The notes under the pieces were generated by a model. That model saw nothing but the letters and a program-made list of their open reading frames with translations. It ran no database searches and was not told the origin of the DNA. From Bacteroidetes bacterium UBA2364 (lineage in GTDB: Bacteria > Bacteroidota > Rhodothermia > Rhodothermales > UBA2364): DNA of 64,000 nt. The stretch's first letter is position 1. Each line of letters begins with the position of its first letter. The stretch lies in assembly GCA_002344075.1 (NCBI GenBank), contig DDTM01000106.1:208-64207 (forward strand). The letters run 5' to 3'. Of the stretch, positions 38,738 to 49,096 are shown one piece after another. The translations under genes and the position numbers were made by a program.

Positions 38738-40087
38738 ATGCCTTCTAACGGAACGATAAACCTCCGACGTGGATTTGACATCAAGTTGGAGGGCGCAGCA
38801 CCCAAAACCCTTTCCGATCTGGCCGTATCGGCTATTGTGGCAGTTCAACCGCTCGATTTTCCGCACATAACGCCTAAAATGGTGGTTAAACCCGGAGACG
38901 AAGTCCAAGCTGGCGCACCACTTTTCCACGACAAAGACCATCCGGAATTGTTTTTCACCGCACCTGTAAGTGGCGAAGTAGTGGAGATTGTACGAGGTGA
39001 GAAACGGCGGATCTTGCAAGTGCGCATACTTGCGGATAAAAAAGCAGCCTCCCGCGCCTTTCAACCTATTAACCCCTCGACCCTCTCGCGAGACCACGTG
39101 GTGAACCGCTTGTTAGACAGTGGTGCGTGGGTATTTATTCGTCAAAGGCCGTATTCGTTCATTGCCCGTCCGAATGAAAGCCCGAAGGCAATTTTTGTTT
39201 CAGGGTTTGATTCTGCACCCTTAGCGCCAGACCTTGGCTTTATCTTGGAACAGTCCGGAAACCTCTTCCAAGCAGGCTTAGATGCACTCGCCAAGTTGAC
39301 GGATGGCAAGGTTCATTTGGGTCTTCCGATCAATGCCTCGTCTGTTCTCCAGCAAGCACAAGGCGTTACGAAAACCATATTTAATGGCCCTCATCCTGCC
39401 GGTAATGTCGGGGTGCAAATCCACCATGTAGATCCGATTAATCCACAAGAAGTGGTTTGGTATGTTCATGCACAAGATGTGGTAAACATTGGGCGACTCT
39501 TTGCTGAAGGCGTGTATCGTCCGGAGCGAATCGTGGCCCTTACTGGCTCTGAAGCCACAGAGCGCGGTTATTTCCGCACTATACAAGGGGTTCATCTGAA
39601 AGACTTGCTGAACAATCGGGTAAAAACGGATCAAGTCCGCTTGATTCAGGGCCATGTATTGACGGGACAACAGACCTCGCAAGATGCTTTTCTCTCGGCA
39701 TACACCCATCAGATAACCGCAATTCCGGAAGGCAACCACCACGAATTCCTCGGTTGGCTTACGCCCGGTTTCCATAAACTAAGTTTATCCCGAACTTTCT
39801 TTTCGTGGCTAAATAAGAACAAATCTTATCGGTTAGATACCAATTTGCATGGCGAAGAACGCGCCTTTGTGGTAACTGGGCAATACGAACAAGTTTTGCC
39901 AATGGATATCCTTCCCACCTACCTACTCAAAGCCATCTTGGCCAATGATTTGGAAAAAATGGAGCAACTGGGCATCTACGAAGTCTCGGAAGAAGACTTT
40001 GCTCTTTGCGAATTTGTTTGTACCTCCAAAATTAACGTTCAGAAAATCATCTCGGATGGTTTGGAGATGGTTCGCAAAGAAGGCTAA
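38738..40087 (+). CDS. nqrA: Na+-translocating NADH:quinone reductase subunit A
   Basis: Motifs RGFDIKLEG, FTAPVSG, GPHPAGNVG and EEDFALCEFVC; first gene of the operon. Confidence 0.95.
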   Translation: MPSNGTINLRRGFDIKLEGAAPKTLSDLAVSAIVAVQPLDFPHITPKMVVKPGDEVQAGAPLFHDKDHPELFFTAPVSGEVVEIVRGEKRRILQVRILADKKAASRAFQPINPSTLSRDHVVNRLLDSGAWVFIRQRPYSFIARPNESPKAIFVSGFDSAPLAPDLGFILEQSGNLFQAGLDALAKLTDGKVHLGLPINASSVLQQAQGVTKTIFNGPHPAGNVGVQIHHVDPINPQEVVWYVHAQDVVNIGRLFAEGVYRPERIVALTGSEATERGYFRTIQGVHLKDLLNNRVKTDQVRLIQGHVLTGQQTSQDAFLSAYTHQITAIPEGNHHEFLGWLTPGFHKLSLSRTFFSWLNKNKSYRLDTNLHGEERAFVVTGQYEQVLPMDILPTYLLKAILANDLEKMEQLGIYEVSEEDFALCEFVCTSKINVQKIISDGLEMVRKEG

Positions 40088-40120
40088 GCCCGGCATATTC
40101 AACCCACAACGTAAAGAAAC

Positions 40121-41284
40121 GTGAAAGCACTCCGTAATCTGTTAGACAAAGTTCAGCCCAACTTTGAAAAAGGTGGCAAACTGGAAAAATTCCATGCCGC
40201 TTACAATGCCATCGAGACTTTTTTATTTGTGCCCAACCATACCACACATGGTGGTGTACACATTCGGGACGCGGTGGATTTAAAACGCACCATGTTTACG
40301 GTGATTATTGCCCTCCTACCCACCCTCGTCTTTGGTATATGGAATATCGGCTATCAGCATTATCTTGCATTTGGCATAGAAAGTAGCCACGCCGAGAACC
40401 TGTTGTTTGGCCTGATCAAAATAGCGCCCTTGCTAATTGTGTCTTATGGCGCAGGGTTAGGGGTAGAAATTTTGTTTGCACAAATGCGGGGCCACGCAGT
40501 CAATGAAGGCTATTTGGTCACGGGTATGCTCATCCCATTAACGCTTCCGGTTACAACACCACTCTGGATGGTCGCTTTGGCTTCTATCTTTTGTGTGGTT
40601 TTGGGTAAGGAAGTTTTTGGCGGAACCGGAATGAACTTCATGAATCCGGCCCTTCTCGCCCGCGCATTCTTGTTCTTCGCCTTTCCTGCTTACCTGAGCG
40701 GCGAAGTCTGGGTGGATTTAACGCCCGAGGCAGGCCGTGCACTCGTGGATGGCTATTCCGGCGCAACATCCTTAGCAGTAGTGGATGCCAATTTCACAGC
40801 AACCCCCTCACCGTGGGATATGTTTATGGGATTTGAGAAAGGTTCAATTGGAGAAACCAGTACGCTCATGGCTCTCATTGGCGCTGCCTATCTGATTTAC
40901 ACAGGCGTCGGCAGTTGGCGTATCATTCTTTCGGTTTTTCTGGGTGGCTATCTGATGGGTCTTTTTATGAATGTCTTGGCGCCCGCCGATGCCCCCACCC
41001 ACATCATGCATGCACCTGCATATTATCACCTAATTATGGGCGGGTTTGCATTTGGTGCGGTTTATATGGCCACCGATCCGGTTTCTGCGGCACAAACCGA
41101 AACCGGAAAATGGATCTATGGTTTCCTCATCGGGGCCTTTACGGTAACGCTTCGGGTGTTTAACCCTGCCTATCCGGAAGGTATGATGCTCAGTATTTTG
41201 TTCTTTAACGTGTTTGCTCCGTTGATTGATCATTTTGTGGTTCAACGGAACATCAATAAACGACTAAAACGTGCACTCCAATAA
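40121..41284 (+). CDS. nqrB: Na+-NQR subunit B
   Basis: Motifs HIRDAVDLKR, KEVFGGTG, VDGYSGATSL (FMN site), GSIGETS and AYPEGMML. Confidence 0.95.
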   Translation: MKALRNLLDKVQPNFEKGGKLEKFHAAYNAIETFLFVPNHTTHGGVHIRDAVDLKRTMFTVIIALLPTLVFGIWNIGYQHYLAFGIESSHAENLLFGLIKIAPLLIVSYGAGLGVEILFAQMRGHAVNEGYLVTGMLIPLTLPVTTPLWMVALASIFCVVLGKEVFGGTGMNFMNPALLARAFLFFAFPAYLSGEVWVDLTPEAGRALVDGYSGATSLAVVDANFTATPSPWDMFMGFEKGSIGETSTLMALIGAAYLIYTGVGSWRIILSVFLGGYLMGLFMNVLAPADAPTHIMHAPAYYHLIMGGFAFGAVYMATDPVSAAQTETGKWIYGFLIGAFTVTLRVFNPAYPEGMMLSILFFNVFAPLIDHFVVQRNINKRLKRALQ

Positions 41285-41987
41285 TTACACCTTCGCCTTT
41301 GCGGCCATACTCACCGTAATTGCCGCCGTCCTTCTTGCTTTTGCTTCGGAAGGTTTACGTCCGCAACAAGAAGCCAATATTGCCCTTGAAAAACGATCGG
41401 ACATTCTCCGAGCCGTACACGCCAAACCAATCAACCCCAACGAGGTGGTGACGTATTACACCAAAAACGTAGCGGAATTGGTGGTTAATGCAAAGGGAGA
41501 AACACTTTCGGGGTTAAAAGCCTTTGATTTGGTACTGAAGGACGAATATGAAAAACCTGAAAACGCCCGCCAACTTCCCTTATATGTTTATACAGGTAAA
41601 GACGGGAAAAAATATTATGTAGTTCCGCTTCATGGTGTTGGGCTTTGGGGACCTATTTGGGGCTATGTATCTGTAAAAGATGATTTTAAGACCATTTATG
41701 GCGCCGTTTTTGACCACAAAGGAGAAACACCCGGCCTTGGTGCGGAAATCTCTACAGAAATATTCCAAAAACCCTTTGAAGGAAAAACCATTATAGATGA
41801 TAAAAACAATTTTGTCTCGGTACGTGTCGTCAAGAAAGGTCAAAAAGTGGAAGCTGGACCAACCCACATGGTAGATGCCATTTCCGGTGGAACCATTACG
41901 TCGAATGGGGTGGATGCCATGTTATTAAAGTGCTTGAAGCCCTATTTGCCCTATTTCGAGAAATTAAAACCCAACGCTAAACCATAA
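41271..41987 (+). CDS. nqrC: Na+-NQR subunit C
   Basis: Motifs GLWGPIWGY, ETPGLGAEI and VDAISGGTIT (FMN site). Confidence 0.95.
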   Translation: MHSNNYTFAFAAILTVIAAVLLAFASEGLRPQQEANIALEKRSDILRAVHAKPINPNEVVTYYTKNVAELVVNAKGETLSGLKAFDLVLKDEYEKPENARQLPLYVYTGKDGKKYYVVPLHGVGLWGPIWGYVSVKDDFKTIYGAVFDHKGETPGLGAEISTEIFQKPFEGKTIIDDKNNFVSVRVVKKGQKVEAGPTHMVDAISGGTITSNGVDAMLLKCLKPYLPYFEKLKPNAKP

Positions 41988-41993
41988 ACCCTT

Positions 41994-42671
41994 ATGAGTG
42001 CAGAAGTAAATGCGCCAGTAAAGCAAGCAGCACCGAAAGAGGCCCTGTTTTCCAAAAAAAACCGTAAAGCCCTTTTTGATCCGTTAGATGACAACAATCC
42101 CATTTCCGTACAGGTTTTGGGAATCTGTTCCGCGCTTGCCGTTACGGTTCAGGTAAAACCCGCCATTATTATGGCTTTAGGGGTAATGCTTGTTACGGCT
42201 TTTTCCAACCTGATCGTTGCCTCTATCCGCGACCGTATTCCGGGGCGCATCCGGATCATTGTCCAATTGGTGGTGGTGGCAACATTGGTAACCTTGGTGG
42301 ATCAGGTTTTAAAGGCGTATATGTATGATGTCTCTAAAAAACTTTCGGTATTCGTTGGGTTGATCATCACCAATTGTATTGTAATGGGACGTTTAGAAGC
42401 CTATGCCATGAGTCAAAAACCGTGGCCCTCTTTCTTGGATGGTATCGGAAACGGCTTAGGGTATGGCGCCATTCTGGTCTTTGTAAGTATGATTCGTGAG
42501 ATCTTTGGATCTGGAACACTGCTAGGCTTCAAGGTTGTCCCACAGTTTCTATATGATATGGGATACGTGAACAATGGCCTGATGATGCTTCCACCTGCTG
42601 CTTTGTTTATTATCGGTTGCTTTATCTGGTGGCAGCGAAGTCGGAATCCCAAACTTATCAATGTGTCTTAA
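41994..42671 (+). CDS. nqrD: Na+-NQR subunit D
   Basis: Motifs QVLGICSALAVT and LIITNCIVMGRLEA. Confidence 0.95.
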   Translation: MSAEVNAPVKQAAPKEALFSKKNRKALFDPLDDNNPISVQVLGICSALAVTVQVKPAIIMALGVMLVTAFSNLIVASIRDRIPGRIRIIVQLVVVATLVTLVDQVLKAYMYDVSKKLSVFVGLIITNCIVMGRLEAYAMSQKPWPSFLDGIGNGLGYGAILVFVSMIREIFGSGTLLGFKVVPQFLYDMGYVNNGLMMLPPAALFIIGCFIWWQRSRNPKLINVS

Positions 42672-42690
42672 AGTTTTAAACGATTAATAT

Positions 42691-43305
42691 ATGGAACATC
42701 TCGCAGGCATATTGGTCAAGTCCATCTTCGTGGAAAATGCCATTTTTGCATTTTTCTTGGGGATGTGTTCCTTCTTGGCCGTGTCCAAATCCATTAAAAC
42801 AGCCTTTGGGCTTGGCATTGCGGTCATTTTTGTGATGCTACTTACCACCCCGGCAAACTATCTAATCCTAACGTATCTACTCAAAGAAGATGCCTTGGCT
42901 TGGATTCATCCCAGTTTGGCAGGTGTGAACCTCACGTTTCTGGCCTTTATTCTTTTTATCTCGGTGATCGCCGGAATGGTACAATTGGTAGAAATGATTA
43001 TCGAGAAGTTTTTGCCCGCATTATACAACTCTCTCGGTATTTTCTTACCCCTTATCACCGTAAACTGCTCCATCTTGGGCGCGGCCTTGTTTATGCAGGA
43101 AAGAGAATATAATTTCGCTGAAACAACGGTTTTCTCGCTGGGAATGGGCATTGGATTCTTCCTCGCCATTGTGGCCTTGGCCGCTGTCCGAGAAAAATTA
43201 CGTTATTCTCACATTCCGGACCCTTTAAAAGGGCTGGGCATTGCCATGATCATCACCGGGCTTATGGCTTTGGCATTCCTTAGTTTTGCCGGTATTCAAC
43301 TGTAA
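42691..43305 (+). CDS. nqrE: Na+-NQR subunit E
   Basis: Motifs [11 protein letters not shown] and [13 protein letters not shown]. Confidence 0.95.
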   Translation: MEHLAGILVKSIFVENAIFAFFLGMCSFLAVSKSIKTAFGLGIAVIFVMLLTTPANYLILTYLLKEDALAWIHPSLAGVNLTFLAFILFISVIAGMVQLVEMIIEKFLPALYNSLGIFLPLITVNCSILGAALFMQEREYNFAETTVFSLGMGIGFFLAIVALAAVREKLRYSHIPDPLKGLGIAMIITGLMALAFLSFAGIQL

Positions 43306-43323
43306 AATAAAGTCGCTAAAATC

Positions 43324-44574
43324 ATGTTCACGATACTTGTTGGTAGCATTGCGGTCTTTTTATTGGTCATCCTGATTTTGGTTTTCCTGATCCTTACGGC
43401 AAAGGAAAAGTTACTTCCGAGTAAAGATGTCAAGATTATCATCAACGGTAAAGCCGACGAAGCCATTACAGTTAAACCAGGTAGTACCCTATTAACAACC
43501 TTGGCCGAGCAAAAACTCTTCTTGGCCTCGGCTTGTGGCGGTGGTGGCACCTGCGCCATGTGTAAGTGTAAAGTACTTTCTGGTGGCGGTGACGTACTAC
43601 CCACAGAGACCAACCACCTCAACCGTCGTCAGGTGGCCGAAAAGGAACGTTTGGCGTGCCAAGTAAAGGTAAAAGAAGACATGGAGATTGTCATTCCTGA
43701 TGAAGTTTTTGGTGTCAAGAAGTGGGAATGCACGGTCACGTCGAACGACAACGTTTCTACGTACATAAAGGAGTTTGTGGTGAAGTTGCCGGAAGGTGAA
43801 ACACTTGATTTTGACTCGGGCGGATATATCCAGTTGGATGTGCCGGAGTTGGATCTGGAATTTAAGCAAGACTTGTATAACATTCCCGATCGTTTTCGGG
43901 ATGACTATGACAAGTACAAAATCTGGGACTTGAAGCTTAAGACCGATGAGCCTATTTTCCGCGCCTATTCTATGGCCAACCATCCAGCAGAAGGCAATGT
44001 GATTATGTTGAACATCCGTTTGGCCACACCGCCTTGGGATCGTGCGAAGAACGGCTGGAAAGATGTGCCACCAGGTATTTGTTCTTCTTATGTGTTTTCC
44101 CGCAAGCCGGGCGACAAAGTAACCATAAGTGGGCCTTACGGCGAATTCCACATCAAGGATACGGGAAACGAGATGGTGTATATTGGGGGTGGTGCGGGCA
44201 TGGCACCACTACGCTCACAAATATTCCACTTATTTCACACGCTAAAAACTGGTCGGAAAGTATCGTATTGGTACGGGGCGCGGAGTAAACGGGAAATCTT
44301 CTATGAAGAACATTTCCGGGCTATAGAACGCGAGTTCCCGAATTTCCAATTTAATATTGCCCTATCCGAGCCTTTACCAGAAGACAACTGGACGGGCTAT
44401 GTGGGCTTCATTCACCAAGTGGTCTTAGACAATTATCTTGCTAAACATGAAGCTCCGGAAGACATTGAATATTACCTATGCGGTCCACCCATGATGCTCT
44501 CTGCCGTTGATAAAATGTTAGACAGTTTAGGTGTTCCGAAAGAAAAAATCGCATTCGACGACTTCGGTAGTTAG
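43324..44574 (+). CDS. nqrF: Na+-NQR subunit F
   Basis: 2Fe-2S motif [12 protein letters not shown]; [15 protein letters not shown] and YLCGPP. Confidence 0.96.
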   Translation: MFTILVGSIAVFLLVILILVFLILTAKEKLLPSKDVKIIINGKADEAITVKPGSTLLTTLAEQKLFLASACGGGGTCAMCKCKVLSGGGDVLPTETNHLNRRQVAEKERLACQVKVKEDMEIVIPDEVFGVKKWECTVTSNDNVSTYIKEFVVKLPEGETLDFDSGGYIQLDVPELDLEFKQDLYNIPDRFRDDYDKYKIWDLKLKTDEPIFRAYSMANHPAEGNVIMLNIRLATPPWDRAKNGWKDVPPGICSSYVFSRKPGDKVTISGPYGEFHIKDTGNEMVYIGGGAGMAPLRSQIFHLFHTLKTGRKVSYWYGARSKREIFYEEHFRAIEREFPNFQFNIALSEPLPEDNWTGYVGFIHQVVLDNYLAKHEAPEDIEYYLCGPPMMLSAVDKMLDSLGVPKEKIAFDDFGS

Positions 44575-44591
44575 CCAAAACCAAACCAGCC

Positions 44592-44628
44592 AAGCCTGTG
44601 TAGAATGTTTTCCGCACAGGCTTTTTTT
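44592..44628 (+). terminator. Intrinsic terminator after nqrF
   Basis: Stem AAGCCTGTG / CACAGGCTT followed by a T-run. Confidence 0.7.
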
Positions 44629-44645
44629 ATGAAACACAGACACAA

Positions 44646-45647
44646 ATGAAGTATCTTTTATTCATCCTGTCCATTTTTGGATTCGCTGCCTGCCAATCTG
44701 ATAAGGCTCATAACGATCATTTGGTAGAATTGAGTGGAGAGGCACAAGGAACCACCTTTTCTATCCGATATACAGATCCTGCGCAACGGGATTTTTCAAA
44801 ACCTTTGGATAGCCTTTTTACAGCGGTCAACAAAAGTATGTCCACATGGGACACGACTTCTACCATCTCTAAAATTAACCGTAACGAGGCATATGTGCTT
44901 GACCCGATGTTCGAACAGGTTTTTCGGAAAAGTATGGAAGTTTCCGAAGCAACCAATGGGGCTTTTGATGTTTCGGTAGGGCCTTTGGTACGTGCTTGGG
45001 GGTTCGGCTTCAAGAAAGGAAACCCCCATTTGGGACCACAAAAAGTGGATAGCTTGCGGGTGTTGATTGGCTATAAAGACCTAAAGCTATCCGACAACAA
45101 AACCGTACTTAAACGGAAAGGGATGGAAATTGATTTTAATGCCATTGCGCAAGGATATACGGTTGACCTTGTGGGTCAGTTTTTGGAAAGCAAAGGCATA
45201 AAAAACTATATGGTAGAGTTGGGGGGTGAGGTATTTACAAAAGGAGAAAAGCCCGATGGCACCCTCTGGCGCATTGGTATAGACAAACCTACCGATAAAG
45301 AGGCCGAAGGCCGTCCTTTACAAGCTATTGTGAACCTGAGCAATAAAGCATTGTCCACTTCCGGAAGCTATCGTAAATTTTACATCCGGAATGGTATAAA
45401 ATATTCCCATACCATTGATCCGAAGACTGGATATCCTGTGACTCATAACCTCTTGAGTGTATCAGTTATCGCCAATGATTGTGCCACTTCCGATGCCTAT
45501 GCTACCGCATTTATGGTCATGGGTATTGAAAAAACCTTATCCTTTATCAAAGGGAAACCCTTAGAAGTATTCATGATTTATGGCGACGAAAAGGGAAACC
45601 TACAAGTGAAAATGTCGGAAGGGTTTAAAAAATACTTGGCCGAATAA
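44646..45647 (+). CDS. apbE: FAD:protein FMN transferase (lipoprotein)
   Basis: Lipobox FAAC; FDVSVGPL, DFNAIAQGY, STSGSY, HTIDPKTG and DAYATA motifs. Confidence 0.94.
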   Translation: MKYLLFILSIFGFAACQSDKAHNDHLVELSGEAQGTTFSIRYTDPAQRDFSKPLDSLFTAVNKSMSTWDTTSTISKINRNEAYVLDPMFEQVFRKSMEVSEATNGAFDVSVGPLVRAWGFGFKKGNPHLGPQKVDSLRVLIGYKDLKLSDNKTVLKRKGMEIDFNAIAQGYTVDLVGQFLESKGIKNYMVELGGEVFTKGEKPDGTLWRIGIDKPTDKEAEGRPLQAIVNLSNKALSTSGSYRKFYIRNGIKYSHTIDPKTGYPVTHNLLSVSVIANDCATSDAYATAFMVMGIEKTLSFIKGKPLEVFMIYGDEKGNLQVKMSEGFKKYLAE

Positions 45648-45697
45648 GCGACTCAGAGGGTACGCACCCCAAAAGAGGGAGGTGAAATTGTTGCAAT

Positions 45698-46375
45698 CTA
45701 CAACGTATGTAACGGAAAGCCTTTCAGGTACGATAAGGCTTCGGGACCATAGTTAAACAATAAATCCAACATACTCAGATCAGGGTAAAACCCGGTATAC
45801 ACCTGGCGATAAACTGCGGGCTTCCAATCCACAAAATACACGTCGAGACCCATCTTTGCAGCAAATATGGCGGCCTCCTTTGTGGTTAAGAAGGGTTTTT
45901 GCCATACCAAACTCAGCTCGTTTAGGTTTGTAGGTGGGTTGCTGCCCCAGTCAGACATACACTCAATTGCTACTTCGTATGCTAAAGCCTTGCACAACCA
46001 ACGCAAAGAAGCGACGCTGAGTTGTCCAAGCGTGGCGTAAGGCTCCGCGTAAAATGATTCCAAGTAAGACTCGTAATACTCATACATCGCAGATGAGCGA
46101 TAATGATTCTGTAGCGTTTTTAGGTGGGATTCTCGCCATTTCCATTGGGCATCTTCAAAAGTAACCGTATGTATCGGATCCCCAAACCGATACCGAACTG
46201 GAACGGAAAGCCAAGCAGTTCCCGTATCGGTACGAATGGAGGTTCTGTTCTGATATGATTGTCGGCTATACTGGAACGTATCTGCCAGAACCACCCGATC
46301 TGATTGTAGAACAGCAGCAAAAACCGAAATACGCGGAAAAAAATCGGGGATGCAAATGGCCGTAGAGGTCTTCAT
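45698..46375 (-). CDS. WbqC family protein
   Basis: Motifs DTFQYSRQSYQNRT, LSVPV and LSMLDLLFNYGP. Confidence 0.85.
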   Translation of the reverse strand: MKTSTAICIPDFFPRISVFAAVLQSDRVVLADTFQYSRQSYQNRTSIRTDTGTAWLSVPVRYRFGDPIHTVTFEDAQWKWRESHLKTLQNHYRSSAMYEYYESYLESFYAEPYATLGQLSVASLRWLCKALAYEVAIECMSDWGSNPPTNLNELSLVWQKPFLTTKEAAIFAAKMGLDVYFVDWKPAVYRQVYTGFYPDLSMLDLLFNYGPEALSYLKGFPLHTL

Positions 46376-46466
46376 TAGAATGCGATCAATGGTTGTTAAA
46401 ATGCGTTTAGGTGTCTGACAATGTATTACTATGGTGATTATGAAATGAGTATTTTAGTAAAAAAAG

Positions 46467-47285
46467 ATGTCAAAAACCCCCTATATACCAGATCGTTATT
46501 TTCGATGGTCTGTTTTGATCTTTTTGGGAACCATTGTCTTCAGTTTAGCAGGCATGTTGCTCCTCTACATCCCACCTGTCACAGCTTTCTTTGCACCTAT
46601 TCTATCTTGGCTGATCAAAATTCCTACATGGATTTACATGGTGTTGATGCCCATCACGGTTTGGCTGCTCTATTATCCGCACTTAGGGCTTCATAAATCC
46701 CTCTTTTTTTTAGTTTGGGCGGTTTTTGTAGGGACAGTGATGGAACTTTTGGGCACAGCTACCGGATTTCCATTTGGGAAATACTTTTATACAGACCTAT
46801 TAGGTCCTAAGATTTTGGATCTTGTCCCGTATTTCATCCCACCGGCATGGTATGCTATGGGTCTTTTGTCTTTCGATTTGGCGACACGTCTTGCGCTTAA
46901 AGGCATGAAACGTGTATTGGCGGCTTCCTTGTTCATGGTTTTGTGGGATTTTAGCTTAGACCCGGCGATGAGTTATGCCCAGACTTTTTGGGTATTTCCC
47001 GATGGCGGTTTTTTCTTTGGAATGCCTCCGGAGAACTGGCTTGGGTGGTTTGCATCGGCCTTGATTATTATGTTAGGATTTGAGTATCTGGGGCATGGCA
47101 TCCGCCCAACATTAACCCCATGGGCGCCTCGGCTTTGGTTTCTAAATGCTGCTTTTCCATTTTTGGTCTCGTTGGTTTCTTTAAAAGTAGCTGCTTTCGG
47201 ATTTGGTCTCTTTGCCTCTATGATCCCACTTTTGGCCGTTTGGGCTTACGAACACCAAACAGGAACAGAAACAGGAGAGAAATAG
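46467..47285 (+). CDS. cruF: Carotenoid 1,2-hydratase (DUF422 family)
   Basis: Motifs ELLGTATGFPFGKYFYT, WDFSLDPAM and PPENWLGWF; next to crtB. Confidence 0.8.
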   Translation: MSKTPYIPDRYFRWSVLIFLGTIVFSLAGMLLLYIPPVTAFFAPILSWLIKIPTWIYMVLMPITVWLLYYPHLGLHKSLFFLVWAVFVGTVMELLGTATGFPFGKYFYTDLLGPKILDLVPYFIPPAWYAMGLLSFDLATRLALKGMKRVLAASLFMVLWDFSLDPAMSYAQTFWVFPDGGFFFGMPPENWLGWFASALIIMLGFEYLGHGIRPTLTPWAPRLWFLNAAFPFLVSLVSLKVAAFGFGLFASMIPLLAVWAYEHQTGTETGEK

Positions 47286-47289
47286 GCCA

Positions 47290-48228
47290 ATGCTCCAAAT
47301 GCCCTTTTCCGAAACAGCCATTTGGCAGGACTTTAGGCGCCACTCGCGCACTTTTTCAATGGCCACACATCTTTTGCCATCTGAAATCCGGATGCATGTG
47401 GCCACCTTATACATGTATTGTCGGATGATAGACAATATTGCGGATGAAATGGCCCTCAATGAAGGAAAAGAACAGGCCTTGTCGGAATTGGCGCGGGTGG
47501 AAAATCATCTATTGGATGTATTTACTGGAAAGCCTTCTTCCAGTCCCTTTTGGCAGCGGTTGTCTGGCATTCATCAGCAGTTTACCTTGTCACATAAGCC
47601 CATGCAAGAACTTATCGAAGGTGCAAGATGGGATCTGACAAGTCAGAAAGTCGTTTCCGAAAACGACCTACTTGCATACGCCAATTTGGTGGCTGGCTGC
47701 GTGGGTGCGATGATGCTCCCCTTTTTGGTACAGTCACAAGATGATCGGACGGCATTGGAGCCAACGGCACGCGCACTTGGCAATGCCATGCAAATTACCA
47801 ATATTATTCGGGATGTTGGGGAAGATATCCGCGCCTTAAACCGTATCTATCTTCCGGAAAATTGGCTAAATGAAGCAGGGCTTTCGCCTCAGATGTTATA
47901 CCAAGACCTCCCGCCCGTTGGGTATGCCAACCTCATGGAACGGATGATGCAATTGGCAGAGCAATTATATATCGAAGGATTTAAGGGTATTCATCGGCTA
48001 CCTTTACGTGTTCGGGGGGGTATTCGGGCCGCCGCAAGGTTGTACCGAGAAATCTTGAACGAAGTACGTAAAAACGAGTATAACAACCTCACGCGGAGAG
48101 CATATGTCCCAGCGACACGAAAAATCAGATTGCTCTTAGACAATGATTATTATCGTCGTAGAGACGCTCTACTTCCTCATAATCATCCAAAAAGAATTTA
48201 TCCTCCTTTGTTTTCCACATCATTATGA
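47290..48228 (+). CDS. crtB: Phytoene synthase
   Basis: Motifs HSRTF, YCRMIDNIADE, QITNIIRDVGED and RIYLP. Confidence 0.92.
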   Translation: MLQMPFSETAIWQDFRRHSRTFSMATHLLPSEIRMHVATLYMYCRMIDNIADEMALNEGKEQALSELARVENHLLDVFTGKPSSSPFWQRLSGIHQQFTLSHKPMQELIEGARWDLTSQKVVSENDLLAYANLVAGCVGAMMLPFLVQSQDDRTALEPTARALGNAMQITNIIRDVGEDIRALNRIYLPENWLNEAGLSPQMLYQDLPPVGYANLMERMMQLAEQLYIEGFKGIHRLPLRVRGGIRAAARLYREILNEVRKNEYNNLTRRAYVPATRKIRLLLDNDYYRRRDALLPHNHPKRIYPPLFSTSL

Positions 48229-48902
48229 GGTTATCGTTTTTTAGCCGGTTTTGGAGTGCCGCCATGCGAAAGGGGCTTCTAAATGGTATTGAACAAGTGG
48301 CACTGTTTGGAGCAGAGAATTTACCCGGCAAACCCACCCTTTTTTATCTCAATCATCACACCCATTTTGATGGGCACCTTGTCTGGCTAATGATTTATGA
48401 AATACGCCAACGACGTGGCGTCGTTTGGATGGAGCGCTGGGACGATTTCCCCTTTTTAGGACTTTTGGGCGGATTACCCTTTCCTCGGAACCAGCCCAAA
48501 GCCCAGATCGAAACCATGAATCGAACCGTCCAGCTCTTGTCCAAACATCCTGATTGGGATTTTTACATTTTTCCGGAAGCGCGCCAACATCCCCCAGAAG
48601 AAGGGGTTTTGCCTTTTTCTCCCAAAATCTTACAGCGCCTTTCCCGCAAAATGCCACATCTGCTGTTTTGTCCGGTTGCCATCCATGTCACTTGGTGGGC
48701 TGGCGAACGTCCAACCTTGTTGATGAAAGTTGGCGAGGCCCATAACCACCTCGATGGAATGGAGGCCGAACGGCTTCGGGAATTATTGCATCAACTTACA
48801 GTGCCCCAAACCGCCTCCCCACGTATGGTACTAGCGCATCCTGACAAACCAAACAGAAGTTTTCGGTGGATGCGGTACTTCTTTCGTCATTATCCCAAGT
48901 AG
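48225..48902 (+). CDS. PlsC-superfamily acyltransferase, probably carotenoid-glycoside acyltransferase (CruD-like)
   Basis: NHHTHFDG (NHxxxxD) and FPE motifs; 4-bp overlap with crtB. Confidence 0.7.
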   Translation: MRLSFFSRFWSAAMRKGLLNGIEQVALFGAENLPGKPTLFYLNHHTHFDGHLVWLMIYEIRQRRGVVWMERWDDFPFLGLLGGLPFPRNQPKAQIETMNRTVQLLSKHPDWDFYIFPEARQHPPEEGVLPFSPKILQRLSRKMPHLLFCPVAIHVTWWAGERPTLLMKVGEAHNHLDGMEAERLRELLHQLTVPQTASPRMVLAHPDKPNRSFRWMRYFFRHYPK

Positions 48903-49096
48903 TTTGTACCCTTGTGCCGGTCATCGTCCTCTAGCCTCTTTCTGCTTATTTTTAGACGAATCACTTTTTTACTCGCTTAGGTAAAAGTATATTCGGGTCT
49001 CCGAGCAGTTGCCATAGGTAATTGACTTTTTATAACCGGAGCAGGTTAGGTATTATATTATTTGGCCTCGTGTATTATCCGTAACTCATTTTTTCT

